This document shows positions 30,450 to 40,482 of a stretch of 64,000 nucleotides of DNA, piece after piece. Position 1 is the first letter of the stretch. Each line of letters starts with the position of its first letter. The translations under genes and the position numbers were made by a program. The DNA is from a virus, in IMG/VR virus record IMGVR_UViG_3300005563_000029, positions 69,835-133,834 of that record; one strand, given 5' to 3'. The notes beneath the pieces were generated by a model. The model saw only the letters and a list, made by a program, of their open reading frames with translations. It did not search any database and was not told the DNA's origin.

Positions 30450-30810
30450 CAACGTTCCCTTCGTCCAGGTCGGCCAGATCGGGAGCGTAGAACGCAGGCA
30501 ACGCCTCCGGCCCTACGTACTGGCGGCAGCGACACTTGCCGTCCCGGCCGTCACAGTGCCCTGTGGCCCGGTCGTGGAACGCCAGCCCGTGTTCGCACTG
30601 GCAGATCGGCTGCGCCGGCTTGGCCGCGTTAAGGGCGGCCTGGGCGCGCCGCATTTCCAGGGCGCGGTTCTCGCGACGTTCCTTGGCGATGCGCTTGCGG
30701 CGCTTGCGCCACGGGCGGCCAACAAGGACATACCACTTGTCGGCGATCCAGCTAAAGCCGCCGAGGAAGAAGATGATGATGCCCCAGTTCAGAATGTCGT
30801 CGGCGCTCAT
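30442..30810 (-). CDS. membrane protein with C-terminal Cys cluster
   Basis: N-terminal TM helix; CQCEH..AFHD...C...CRCRQYVGPE. Confidence 0.7.
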   Translation of the reverse strand: MSADDILNWGIIIFFLGGFSWIADKWYVLVGRPWRKRRKRIAKERRENRALEMRRAQAALNAAKPAQPICQCEHGLAFHDRATGHCDGRDGKCRCRQYVGPEALPAFYAPDLADLDEGNVDA

Positions 30811-31318
30811 GGTGCGTATTCCTCAGGTTGGGTAGTGGCGGCTTCGGCAAGCGCCGCAAGCCCGGCCTGCGTCACCTCGTACTGCACGCGCGACGGCATC
30901 CGTGTCGCCGCGAGCGGGTCCGTGGCCAGCTGGCGCAGTTCGGCGTTCTCGGTGAGCAACTCGGCAACGTCCGCGACGATGAGATTGAGTCCGTCGGCGT
31001 CAACTGTGTCGGTGCCGCTGTGGTGCCGCACGAGGTCGGCCAGTCGGTAAGCCGCTGTTGTGCTGTCGTTGGTGATGGTCATGGGGTTCTCTCTTCGCTT
31101 GTTGATGTCAGTGGGCGCCGTTTGGCAAGTTGGAACCGCGCTTGTTGTCACGGGAGCGCCCGTGGATTTCGCCAATGCGCCGGGCGATGGCGGCGCGGCA
31201 GTTCAGCAGCGTCCGCCGCGCTGTTTCGCAACACGCCGGCTGAAAAAGATGACCTTGCCGAGGCGGGACCGCAGGTCCCCGAACGACGGGCGCTCGGGGA
31301 GACGTGGCGGCCGGCGGG

Positions 31319-31597
31319 TCACGAACCGCCTCGTGGGTTGCGGTCGGTGGACGGCCACGACCACATGACGCCCCACGGCTTTTCGACGGCGACAAGGCCG
31401 ACCTTCTCCGGAGGCTCGCACGTCAACACGCCATCGGTGAGGCGCTGGTGCTGGTCAAATGCGCTGCCGCCGCTAAAGGTCTCGCAGCAAAGCGGGCAGT
31501 GGGAGGTGCGGAGTCCGGTCCAGAACTTTCCACAGCGGGGATGGTGAATCTCGTCGCGGGGCGCGGGGGCGGTGAAAGTGGGGGTCTGGCTGTCCAT
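31319..31597 (-). CDS. phage zinc-binding protein (FDxHR-like)
   Basis: CGKFWTGLRTSHCPLCCETFSGGSAFDQHQR. Confidence 0.75.
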   Translation of the reverse strand: MDSQTPTFTAPAPRDEIHHPRCGKFWTGLRTSHCPLCCETFSGGSAFDQHQRLTDGVLTCEPPEKVGLVAVEKPWGVMWSWPSTDRNPRGGS

Positions 31598-31831
31598 CGG
31601 GATTGGCCCTTCCTGGGTTGGTGGGTCTGCGTGGAGCGCTTGGGATGGTTGGGGGAGAGTGGCGGACGCGAGAGGGGTCTCAGGGGGTGGTTTCAAGATC
31701 GCGTTATCGCACGCCGCCGATCCAGTCCGACACGTGCGCCAACGCCCAACCCGGCCCCCACAAGCTCAGTCCGAACAGCACCAGCAGCCCGGCAGTGCCC
31801 AGGCTCTGAACCACCCAGCCGTCCGCGCGCT

Positions 31832-32191
31832 TCACGCCGCACGCCCCGGCCGGGCGTCAGCCCACGCCACAACCTGCTTCGCCACCGCCCGCAGCGACCC
31901 CAGCGGCTGGTTCGACACCACCATCCGCGCCATCGCCACCATCTGCTCCGGCACCTCCGGCGGCAGTAGCGGCTCGCCCGGCACCGCCAGCATCCGGGTG
32001 CGGTACGCAAGCGCAACCATGCCGGCCCGGTCGCCGCAGCCCATGCGCCGCGCCGTGTTCCGCAGGTGCGACTTCACCGTGTTCGTCTCCAGGCCGAGCT
32101 TTGCGCCGATCGCGGCGTTGTCCAGGCCGTCGGCGACCAGCGACAGGATTTGCAGCTGCCGGTCGGACACGCCGAACGGGTGGGCGGTCAC
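31832..32191 (-). CDS. LuxR-type HTH regulator
   Basis: SDRQLQILSLVADGLDNAAIGAKLGLETNTVKSHL. Confidence 0.9.
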   Translation of the reverse strand: MTAHPFGVSDRQLQILSLVADGLDNAAIGAKLGLETNTVKSHLRNTARRMGCGDRAGMVALAYRTRMLAVPGEPLLPPEVPEQMVAMARMVVSNQPLGSLRAVAKQVVAWADARPGRAA

Positions 32192-32598
32192 GCCGCGACC
32201 TGCCGCTTCGCCTTAGCGCGGGCACGGTCACGCTCGGACCTTCTGCGTCGCGCAGCCTCGGTGCGGTCGGACTCGCTCGTCGCCGCCCAAACCCCCGCCA
32301 GGGCATCGCCAAGATCCCGCTGCATGTCAGCAAGAAGCTCCTCGCAGTTCGCCAGGACCGGGCAGCTGCGGCAAGCGGTCTTCGCCGCCTCGATCTGTAC
32401 TAGCCAAGCGCCGGTGTTGCCGCCGGGGAACCACAGGTCGATCTGGCTGCTGTTGGCACACACGGCCTGGTCGCGCCAGTCGGGCGCGGCCTCGGGCTTG
32501 GACGGTCCGGTGTACCGGGCCGCGCGGGACGCAACGGGCTTCTCGGTGCGCGGCAGGTGACCGCCGATTGGGCCGTCGGTCCGAACGAACGGGGTCAT
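32188..32598 (-). CDS. WhiB-family transcription factor
   Basis: WRDQAVC...WFP...AKTACRSCPVLANC...GVWAA. Confidence 0.92.
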   Translation of the reverse strand: MTPFVRTDGPIGGHLPRTEKPVASRAARYTGPSKPEAAPDWRDQAVCANSSQIDLWFPGGNTGAWLVQIEAAKTACRSCPVLANCEELLADMQRDLGDALAGVWAATSESDRTEAARRRRSERDRARAKAKRQVAA

Positions 32599-33506
32599 GA
32601 TCCCTCCTCGGTGGTGTTGTTGTCGCGGTACAGCCGCTCCCCGGCCTCACCGAGCATGTGCACCGCGACCAGCGCCTCGTTGGTCGGCCCGTGCCGGCCG
32701 TTGCTGGTCGCGAAGGTGAGGTACATGTCCGAGGCGTGCAGCAGCACCTCGCCGACCACGGCGCCCTTGACGTCTGGCAAAGCTGCGGCGATCCGGTCGG
32801 CGAAAAGGTCAACGTCGTCGGCCATACGCTTCGGAAGCAGGCCGGCCACACGGCGGATCTCTTCGCGAGTAGCGAGGATCTGGTTCGTCATCGGGTTCGC
32901 GGTCATCGCCCGCTCACCTGGTCCCGCGCCCACGCCTCGACGTCGATGTCCGCTTCGACCTGGAGTCCTCCGTCGTCGCCGACGATGAGCCGCTCTCCGG
33001 CGGCGAGAACCAGCGCCGTCGCGCCGAAAACGTTGGTGCCGCGCGGTGCGATGCGGATGACGCCGCCGTCCTCGGCGAACATCACCACCACACGCCAGCC
33101 GGCGCCTTCCAGGGCGCGGTCGATGGCGCGGGCCGTCGGGTAGGGGTCGCCGGTGTGGCGGATCACGGTGGTAGTGCCGTTGATGGTCGTCATGATCAGG
33201 CTCCTTCGGTGGTTGCGGTTCGGATTCGGACTGCCGCTTCCCACAGCACCTCGGCCTTGGCGCGAAGCACCGCCCTCGGCTCGCCGGTGCTGACGTCGGA
33301 GTCCTGGTCGTAGCGGTTCGAGGCGGACTCCAGGTCCAGGGCGAACTGCTCGCGGATCTGCTGCTCACGCAGCTTCAGGGCGTAGGCCAGCCCCGCACGC
33401 ATGCAGCACTCGCGGTAGCCGTCGCCGTTGTCGTGCGTGAGGTAGCAGGTGTCGGCGGCGCCCGTGAACGGCCAGTAGAGGTCGGGGGTGTCGGGAAGGA
33501 CGGTGG

Positions 33507-34094
33507 TCACTGGACGGGCGCCTCTCGGGAGTCGATGTCTTGGACCCACGTCGCGCACACCGCCGCGACCTGAAGCAGTTCGGCACGCAGCTTGAGCGGG
33601 TCGTCCTCGGCCAGCGCCTCGTAGACCTCCTCCAGCAACACCGCACGCCAGTCAGCGCCGCCGCTCCTGGCGAGGTGGTCGCAGGCGGCCCGCATCCGGT
33701 CGGACTCGCTGCGCATGACCGGACCGCCGGTGCCGTCCTCGCGGTGCTGCTCGCCGAACTTCGTGACCTGCCGCACCTGCTCGGCGAAGACCTCCGCCAG
33801 AACCGGCGCGATCTCAGCGATGACGCGCTGGGTCTGCGTCGGCGCGCAGTCCGTGCAATAGTCGCCGGCGCCGGAGCAGTGCCAGCCGGTACTGCGCAGG
33901 TGGCCACGGGCGATTTCGAACCGTCCGTGGCTGGTGGAGTCGGCGGGCACCAGGTAGTCGCCGGTGTTCTCAACGCCGCAGTTGTCGCAGAAGACGGTGA
34001 TCTGGCTGGGGTACGGCGCGCTGCCGTCGTTCAGGTCGGCCAGGCGCGGCGCGTTGCCGGGGGTGATCAGGCCGGGGTGACGGGAGCCGGTCAT
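33507..34094 (-). CDS. Zn-ribbon plus MazG-like all-alpha NTP pyrophosphatase domain
   Basis: RQVTKFGEQ, VLLEEVYEALAE, LRAELLQVAAVCATW. Confidence 0.65.
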   Translation of the reverse strand: MTGSRHPGLITPGNAPRLADLNDGSAPYPSQITVFCDNCGVENTGDYLVPADSTSHGRFEIARGHLRSTGWHCSGAGDYCTDCAPTQTQRVIAEIAPVLAEVFAEQVRQVTKFGEQHREDGTGGPVMRSESDRMRAACDHLARSGGADWRAVLLEEVYEALAEDDPLKLRAELLQVAAVCATWVQDIDSREAPVQ

Positions 34095-34495
34095 CGCGGG
34101 TCTCCTCCGAGGTGGTCGATGTGCAGATCTCGCCGCGCGTCCTGCGTGAGATGCGGTCGCCACAGGCCCAGTGCGCCCGCGCACGGCACCGGCACGGACA
34201 CCGGACGGACGTCGGACAGCACCCAGTGGTGGCGTCCCGGCTCGGCCCACGAACTACAGGCTCCGTCGCAGACGTGAATGTCGGCCAGGGCCGCGACGGC
34301 AATGATCGCGGAGCGGATGTCAGCACCGTCGACCCACGGCACGTCGTCCGGGTACGGGTCGGCGCCCTTGGCTGCGTGGATCAGTAGGGTTCCGCGCCAG
34401 GCGGTTCCCCAGGTGCGGTTTTCGACGCGTTTGTCGCCGTGGGCAATGAGCGCCGCCCACGGCTGGCGGATCGTCAGCGCGCGGATGTCGGTCAT
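34091..34495 (-). CDS. ASCH domain protein
   Basis: ALTIRQPWAALIAHGDKRVENRTW...RGTLLIHA...GALGLW. Confidence 0.93.
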   Translation of the reverse strand: MTDIRALTIRQPWAALIAHGDKRVENRTWGTAWRGTLLIHAAKGADPYPDDVPWVDGADIRSAIIAVAALADIHVCDGACSSWAEPGRHHWVLSDVRPVSVPVPCAGALGLWRPHLTQDARRDLHIDHLGGDPR

Positions 34496-34719
34496 CGCCG
34501 CACCGCCTTGCGCTCCTCGCGGATGGTGGCGATGAACGCGACGCCGACCACGACGCCGACGATGACGGCCACCAGCGCGGCCGAAATCCAGATCGGCGAC
34601 AGCACCCACCACCACGACCACGTGATCTCGTGCGTGAGCTTCAGGGCGATGAACAGGATCGTCAGCAGGCCGGTGAAGCCGATACCTCCGCTGCTGGTTG
34701 CGCTGTTGCTGCTGGTCAT
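34492..34719 (-). CDS. small two-TM phage membrane protein
   Basis: GIGFTGLLTILFIALKL...WSWWWVLSPIWI. Confidence 0.8.
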   Translation of the reverse strand: MTSSNSATSSGGIGFTGLLTILFIALKLTHEITWSWWWVLSPIWISAALVAVIVGVVVGVAFIATIREERKAVRR

Positions 34720-35474
34720 GTCCGGTACTCCTCGTTCGTTTCGGTCGGTCTGGTCGGGCGGGTGCCGTACACGGCGGCCAGGAGGGCGGCGCGGTGGCGG
34801 GCGGCTTGGGTTTCGCTGATCGGCGCCGGACTGATCGGCTTCACCAGCCGCGGAGTCGGCCGCCACCGTTCGGCTTCGAGTTCCGCCACCCGGGCGGCGG
34901 TCGCGGCGGTCACGATGCGCTCGCACGGGCCAGGTCCAGCCGCGACGGATGCGGCTTGGTCAGGTCACGCTGGCGTGGGCCGTGGCACGGCTGGCCCGGC
35001 AGCGCCTTGCAGAACGGGCACTTCACCGACTGCGCCAGCAGCCTGTCGGCACGGCCGGGACGATTCGCTATCTCCGGCGGGGCAGGGCGGGCAGCGGCAC
35101 GCTCGGCATCGAGGCGCTCAGCCTGCTGCTGGGCGCGCTCGTGGGCGGCGATCGAGGCGATGCCGGCGGACATGCGCGGGTCGTTCACGACGCACCGCCG
35201 CGATACAGCGCCGCTCCGGCCTGGGCCAGTGCAGACGAGACGAGCGGCGCGATCGCGTCCGGTCGCCAGTTGCGCTGCTCCAGCGTCCACGCCAGCCGTG
35301 CCGCAATCGATGCGGTGTGCATGACAATCTCGCCGACAAGGTTCTCGTCCGCGCCGGGCATTTCCTTGCGGATCATGTCCACGATCGCCGGGGCAAAGTC
35401 GATTGGCGGCGGGGAATCCTTGGCGGCCTCACCGGCGAGCGCGGCGAGCTGATCGGACAAGTGCGGATTGATCG

Positions 35475-36254
35475 TCACAGCGCACCCGCAGGCGGGAAGT
35501 CAACGATGCGGTGGTACTGCTCTTGCACGCGGGCGGTGATCGTGCGGGCCGCATCGTGCCGGTCCTTGGCTACGATCAGGTCGATTTCGCCGGGGCGGTT
35601 GTGGCCGTGGAACGTATCCGGCCGGTACGTCAGGATCAGCGCGTCGGAGTCGCCGGCGAACGACCAGCAGTCCCCGAGGTCGGCCATGACCGGCACCCTG
35701 TCGGTTCCAGCCGGAACGTCATCGCGGGCCAGCAACGGAACCGTGGCCACGATCGGGATCTCAGCCTGCATGGCCAGGATCTTCAGGTCCCGCGACAGGT
35801 TGGACGCCCGGTCCTCGGCGCTCGGCTCGCTGCGCAGATTTTCGAAGCCCAGCAGGTGTGCACCCTCGACGACAGCCAGCCGGGCCCGGGTCTTGGCGAT
35901 GTGCTGGGTCACCCCGTCGATCGTGCGATCGGTGTTGATGAACAGCGGAGCGGCCGACAGAGCCTCGTCCACCTCGGCAACCCGGGACCACTCCTCGTCG
36001 CTGCACGTGCCGCGCCGGATGTGCATGAGGTCCACACCCGCCTGTGCGGAGATCAGACGCGCCGCGATCTCGTCTTCGCCGGACCAGCAGCTGGTGAACG
36101 AGGTCGGGATGCCGTGATCGACAGCGGCATGCCGGGCGAATTGGGCCGCGAGAATGTCGGCGCCGTGGCCGTAGTGCCCGGCAATCGCAACCAGGCGGTG
36201 AGACTTCAGCAGGTATTCGAACCCGCTGATGTTGGTGGGAATGGGGGTGCTCAT
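35475..36254 (-). CDS. DnaB-like helicase C-terminal domain, degenerate
   Basis: EIAARLISAQAGV, APLFI, SRDLKILAMQAEIPIV, P.MADL, RPGEIDLIVAK.R; Walker A position reads GHYGHGAD. Confidence 0.85.
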   Translation of the reverse strand: MSTPIPTNISGFEYLLKSHRLVAIAGHYGHGADILAAQFARHAAVDHGIPTSFTSCWSGEDEIAARLISAQAGVDLMHIRRGTCSDEEWSRVAEVDEALSAAPLFINTDRTIDGVTQHIAKTRARLAVVEGAHLLGFENLRSEPSAEDRASNLSRDLKILAMQAEIPIVATVPLLARDDVPAGTDRVPVMADLGDCWSFAGDSDALILTYRPDTFHGHNRPGEIDLIVAKDRHDAARTITARVQEQYHRIVDFPPAGAL

Positions 36255-36274
36255 CAGGCTCCTTCGGTGGGCAG

Positions 36275-37027
36275 TCAGGCGGCAGCCGCGGTACGGGCGG
36301 CGTCGATGCGGGTCTTGTGTGCGTGGTCGCGGTACGGCTCGCCAAGCTCGGTGCAGGCGCTTCCGACGGCGGCCCGGCACTCCGGGCACGGGTTGGCGAC
36401 GATCGCCCACGCCGCGATACGCGAGTCGTGCAGCCGCTTCATCTGCCGGCCGGTACCGGGATCAGTGCACTTGCGGTTCGGTTCGGCGTGACAGCGCGGA
36501 CAGGAAACCTCCAGGCCGGCGGGACGTGCACTCGCCAGAACCTTGGCGATTTCCGGCGGCAGCAGCATCCGCTGGTCCACGCCCGACACCAACTCGGCCA
36601 GCTGCCGCTTGTTGTCGTCCACGCTGCGCGTGATCTCGCGGGTGGAGTACGTCGGGACGTAACCGTCGCCGATGGCGCGAAGCTGGCGCTGATATCGCGC
36701 GGCATACTCGGCGCCGGTTTCGCCGTCCACGGGCTCGTACACGAAGTTCGCGTCCTCGTGTCGCCTCTCGCGGATCCCCCGGACGATCTCGATGATGACC
36801 GGCGCGGTCGCACGGAACCGCTGCCGCGGGTCCTGCTTCGGCCACACCTCGGCGTAGTAGCGGGTCAGCGCCAGCTTCGCGTCCTTGAAGGTGACGCGGG
36901 CGGCGTTGAGGTCCTGCCACCAGGCGACGTTGTCGGCGGTGCCGGTGCTGCGCTGGTCGCGCGCCGCGGCCAGGGCGAGGAGCTCGCCGATCTCGGGCAG
37001 GGTGATGGTTTCGTTCGCGGGGTTCAT
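36275..37027 (-). CDS. replication-associated protein (helicase-loader-like N-terminus, two Cys fingers)
   Basis: LLALAAARDQR....VAWW; CPRCHAEP; CPECRA; sits between rep and the dnaB-like gene. Confidence 0.6.
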   Translation of the reverse strand: MNPANETITLPEIGELLALAAARDQRSTGTADNVAWWQDLNAARVTFKDAKLALTRYYAEVWPKQDPRQRFRATAPVIIEIVRGIRERRHEDANFVYEPVDGETGAEYAARYQRQLRAIGDGYVPTYSTREITRSVDDNKRQLAELVSGVDQRMLLPPEIAKVLASARPAGLEVSCPRCHAEPNRKCTDPGTGRQMKRLHDSRIAAWAIVANPCPECRAAVGSACTELGEPYRDHAHKTRIDAARTAAAA

Positions 37028-38316
37028 CCAGCGCTCCCGTAGACGATTCGTTGGGCTTCGAGGTTGGAGGCGACGACCTGGGCGATGGCACGGTCGGTTG
37101 CGGACTCGCGGGGGGCGGGGATGTTGGACCGGAGCGCCACCACGTTGCCGCCGAAGGACACAACCTCGGCGCCGGCGGACTCAAAGTCGCGGCCGTTGTT
37201 GGGGTGCGGGCCGCACTCCGCTTCGGCCTGCTGGCTGACCGTGTCCCACTGCTTGCGGAACTTCGGCATCGACAGGATGTTGGTCTTCCAGAACTTCGAC
37301 TTCTGAGTCCATTCCAGAACGTCAAAAGCGAACTGAAAGTGGATGCCGTCGTGGTCGAGCAGGAGCCGAGCCTCGTTGCGCCACGTGTCGGTGATGTTCG
37401 GCTTGCGGCAGCCGCGAGCGACCATCATCTCGGCGAGGCGGTTGCAGAGCGCTTCAACATCGGGGCGCCGCTCGGGTTCCGCCTTGGGTTTGGCAGGTGC
37501 CTTGGACTTCTGCTTGCCCTTCGGCTTCGATGCCGGCGGCCCGTCGGGGAACGGCGTAGCCGTCACCGACGAAGAAGGTTCTTCATTGGTAAGGGGAAAG
37601 GGGTAAGGGGAATCCGCGCGCGCGAGGGAACCCTTCCCGGAACCCTTAGCCGAACCCTCACCCCACGTGTCCCCACCTGTGGATTCGCTGTTATCAGCGA
37701 GACCGCCGACGATCATTGAGAGCTGGCGGGTTTCGGACACGCCGTTTTTGCCGAGCCCTCCGAAATCCCCGTTTTCAGAATCGGGACAATCTGGGTTACC
37801 GGAGGGGTTGGGCGAAGGGGTGCCGTAACCCTTCCCGGAAGGGTCCGGCGAAGGGTTACCAGAGTTGCTGCGGAGCCAGTCGACCACCGCGTGATGAGCC
37901 TTCCGGCTCTCCGCGTTCATCGCCGACTCGTCCAAGCGCGTCAGCTCCGACAGCAACGTCGCGCGGATCGTCTTCGACGACACCATGTAGATGTGCTCGA
38001 TCGCCGACTTGTAGACGTTCGGCTGCTTGTACACGCCATCACGGCGAATCAGCGACCGAACGAGCAGCTCGAACGTGCGGCGATCGATCACCACAAACCG
38101 CGCCGTGCGGAGCTCCTCAAGGGCCGCTTCCATTACCTCGATGGAGTAGCCGATCAACTCCGCCCACAGCGGCGCACGCAGGAATATCGTGCCGGCGTGG
38201 GTCAGATCCTTCTGCGACACCAGTGCCTGGTAGACGTTCTTCGCCTCGGGGCTGAGCGCCAGGAAGTCATCGTCGTCCCAGATACTGCAGAACACCCGGC
38301 CGTGTGTGCGCGCCAT
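37024..38316 (-). CDS. phage replication initiator (RepA-like)
   Basis: SIWDDDDFLALSPEA N-terminus, low-complexity repeat linker, C-terminal FWKTNILSMPKFRKQWD. Confidence 0.8.
   Translation of the reverse strand: MARTHGRVFCSIWDDDDFLALSPEAKNVYQALVSQKDLTHAGTIFLRAPLWAELIGYSIEVMEAALEELRTARFVVIDRRTFELLVRSLIRRDGVYKQPNVYKSAIEHIYMVSSKTIRATLLSELTRLDESAMNAESRKAHHAVVDWLRSNSGNPSPDPSGKGYGTPSPNPSGNPDCPDSENGDFGGLGKNGVSETRQLSMIVGGLADNSESTGGDTWGEGSAKGSGKGSLARADSPYPFPLTNEEPSSSVTATPFPDGPPASKPKGKQKSKAPAKPKAEPERRPDVEALCNRLAEMMVARGCRKPNITDTWRNEARLLLDHDGIHFQFAFDVLEWTQKSKFWKTNILSMPKFRKQWDTVSQQAEAECGPHPNNGRDFESAGAEVVSFGGNVVALRSNIPAPRESATDRAIAQVVASNLEAQRIVYGSAG
37627..37860. repeat. iteron-like repeats in rep (candidate origin)
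   Basis: AACCCTTCCCGGAA at 37629 and 37827; roughly 12-nt periodic AACCCT/AGGG(T/G) units in both orientations. Confidence 0.6.
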
Positions 38317-38846
38317 TAGACTCGCGCCCCCTTCCTGCTGTTGCAGGGGCGACACAGGACGCGGAGGTTTTCGTAGGCGTCCGGCCCCCCCTTGGACCAC
38401 GGATGGATGTGGTCAAGGGTGAGATCGTTGGTGCAACCGCACTCGGTGCAGGCGTAGCCGTCACGTTCCATAACCCGCTTACGGAGCCCATCGGGGATCG
38501 GTTCGCGCTGGTAAATGGGGGCGAACCTGAACAGGCGTTCGCTGCCGCAGGGGGTGTGAATCATGTCCCACGCGCCTGCACGGCGTACCCACAGGCCCGC
38601 TTCAACCAGGCGCCGGGCGTGACCCTTCCAGTTGCGCGAGTCGCAGTAGCTCTGCGCGATGAACTCGGACACCCGTCCAGGTCGATCCGTTTTGGCCGTT
38701 GCAGATCCGCAGAGCACGAAGAGCCCGAAGGCGGTGTTGCCTGCTGTAACAACGGCGGGGTTGCTGTGCACCTTGGAGGAAAGGCGGAACTCCATGCGAA
38801 CCGGCCGGCGCTGGTCTACGCCGTCGTTTTCGGATGGTGCGGCCAC
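38316..38846 (-). CDS. HNH endonuclease
   Basis: RDGYACTECG...LTLDHIHPWSKGG...NLRVLCRPCNSRKG. Confidence 0.93.
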   Translation of the reverse strand: MAAPSENDGVDQRRPVRMEFRLSSKVHSNPAVVTAGNTAFGLFVLCGSATAKTDRPGRVSEFIAQSYCDSRNWKGHARRLVEAGLWVRRAGAWDMIHTPCGSERLFRFAPIYQREPIPDGLRKRVMERDGYACTECGCTNDLTLDHIHPWSKGGPDAYENLRVLCRPCNSRKGARV

Positions 38847-39061
38847 GTTCTGAGGTCCTGTTCTGGGTGGTTGATGGATGGGGGCTCTCGTGCCGGTGTG
38901 TGGCCGGCCTCGGTACTTCGGGGTTTGGCGTCCCCATCACTTTGCCATACTTGAGTATGGCATCTAGAGTAGTGCTTATGGAAGAGCGCTACGCGATACG
39001 TAAGCGGCGGTACGGGCGACCGATACTGGATAAGCGCTTGGTGATGTGCGATCATGCGCAC

Positions 39062-39349
39062 GTGGCCAAGACCGACCCCGACGACCCGCGCCTGAAGCCA
39101 GTGCGCCGCGCCGTGGCAACAATGGAGGCCGCGGAGCAGGCGCTGAAGGACGCTCGCGCCGCCCTGGCGTCTGAGATCGTGGCCGCGCTGAACGCGGGTG
39201 TTCGCCCTGTCGCGCTGAAGGACGTCACACCGTACTCGCAGGACTACCTGCGGAAGATCGCGCGGGAAGCCGGCGTCGAACCGCTGCGCCCGCCGACGGT
39301 CACCAGCATCCGGAAGCTGAAGGAGCTTCAGGGTAAGAGTGAGTCCTGA
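39062..39349 (+). CDS. small HTH-like regulator, lone plus-strand gene
   Basis: EIVAALNAGVRP.......PYSQDYLRKIAREAGV; palindrome GTAGTGCT-N8-AGCGCTAC at 38970-38993. Confidence 0.7.
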   Translation: MAKTDPDDPRLKPVRRAVATMEAAEQALKDARAALASEIVAALNAGVRPVALKDVTPYSQDYLRKIAREAGVEPLRPPTVTSIRKLKELQGKSES

Positions 39350-39351
39350 CT

Positions 39352-39774
39352 TCACCGCTCGCCCCCGTTCGCGAGCGAGATCAACACCGCGGCGTGGCAC
39401 CAGTCCGTCTCGTCGTCGCCCGGAAGCGGGCACCAACACAGCAGGTCCTTGCCGGCCAGCTGGTGCAGGTGCTCGAGAATCCAGGCGCGGCGGCCGGCGA
39501 GATGCGGTAGCCCACCCGCCCACGCTTCGTCGGTTAGCCATCGGCGGTACCACTGCACTGCGCGCACCCGCCCCATGTCCTTGGTGTCGAACGCGGCGAG
39601 TACGGGCCACTGCTTGTCGATCAGCACGACCCACTGCCCGGCGTGGCTGAGTAGAGTCCAGGGGTTGCCGAATTTGCCGGGCCGGCTGACGACGACGGCG
39701 CCTTCGGGTTTCCGCCATCCGGCCTTGCGGCTCAACCGCAAGCGCTGCGGCCCGCAACCCTCTGACCTGGACAT
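39352..39774 (-). CDS. DUF4326-like protein
   Basis: RKAGWRKPEGAVVVSRPGKFGNPW...LAGKDLLCWCP...CHAAVL. Confidence 0.88.
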   Translation of the reverse strand: MSRSEGCGPQRLRLSRKAGWRKPEGAVVVSRPGKFGNPWTLLSHAGQWVVLIDKQWPVLAAFDTKDMGRVRAVQWYRRWLTDEAWAGGLPHLAGRRAWILEHLHQLAGKDLLCWCPLPGDDETDWCHAAVLISLANGGER

Positions 39775-40482
39775 CGACGGGTTATGCGGACTCGTCGTTG
39801 TTGACGGGTCGTCAATAGCAATTGATGGGTCCACACCCATGATCAGCCTCGCTGTACTATCCACGCCGCCACCTCTACCACGTGATGATCATGTTTGGGA
39901 TGCGCGCCAGGACCATGCGGGCGACCGTCAGGACCCAGTGGCCGCCGAATACGACGGCTGCGACGGTGGCGTAGGCGAGTCCCATGCGCACGAGCCCGTT
40001 GGTGCCGCTGCTGGTGGTGAACGCGCAGACGGTGCCGAGGAGGATCAGTGCGCCCCAGTAGATGAGCTTGGCGGTGCCGCGCATGACCACGGTTCCGGCG
40101 CGCCTCCAGTCGGGCTGGCGGCGGGGTAGCCGCGGCAGTGCGTGCCGGCTGGGGCTACGCATCGGTGTTCACCGCCTGCCCGTACTGCGCCCTTTGCCTG
40201 GCTGCCGCGCCGCTGATCACCTTGTTCCGAAGCTGGTTGTCGGGGATGACTTCACGTCGCCGGTCACGACCAGTACCTGGGTAGCGCAGGAAGCTGGCGC
40301 GGTTGCCGTTGGCCCACCAGTCGGCGAGTCCGTCGAGTGCGGCTTCGTAGGTGGGGAAGGGCTCGATGGTGCAGTACAGGCTTCCGTGGTCGGGGACTTG
40401 CAGCACCCACCGGCCGCCGAACAGCTCGCCCGGCTGAGCGAAGTGAACGCGCGGCTTGGTGAGCTGCCGGTTCTGGTCGAGT

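Noticed and set aside
34630-36117. 495-aa plus-strand ORF and similar long Arg/Ala/Pro-rich ORFs across the window
   Set aside because: They overlap well-supported minus-strand genes and have the composition of off-frame high-GC sequence.
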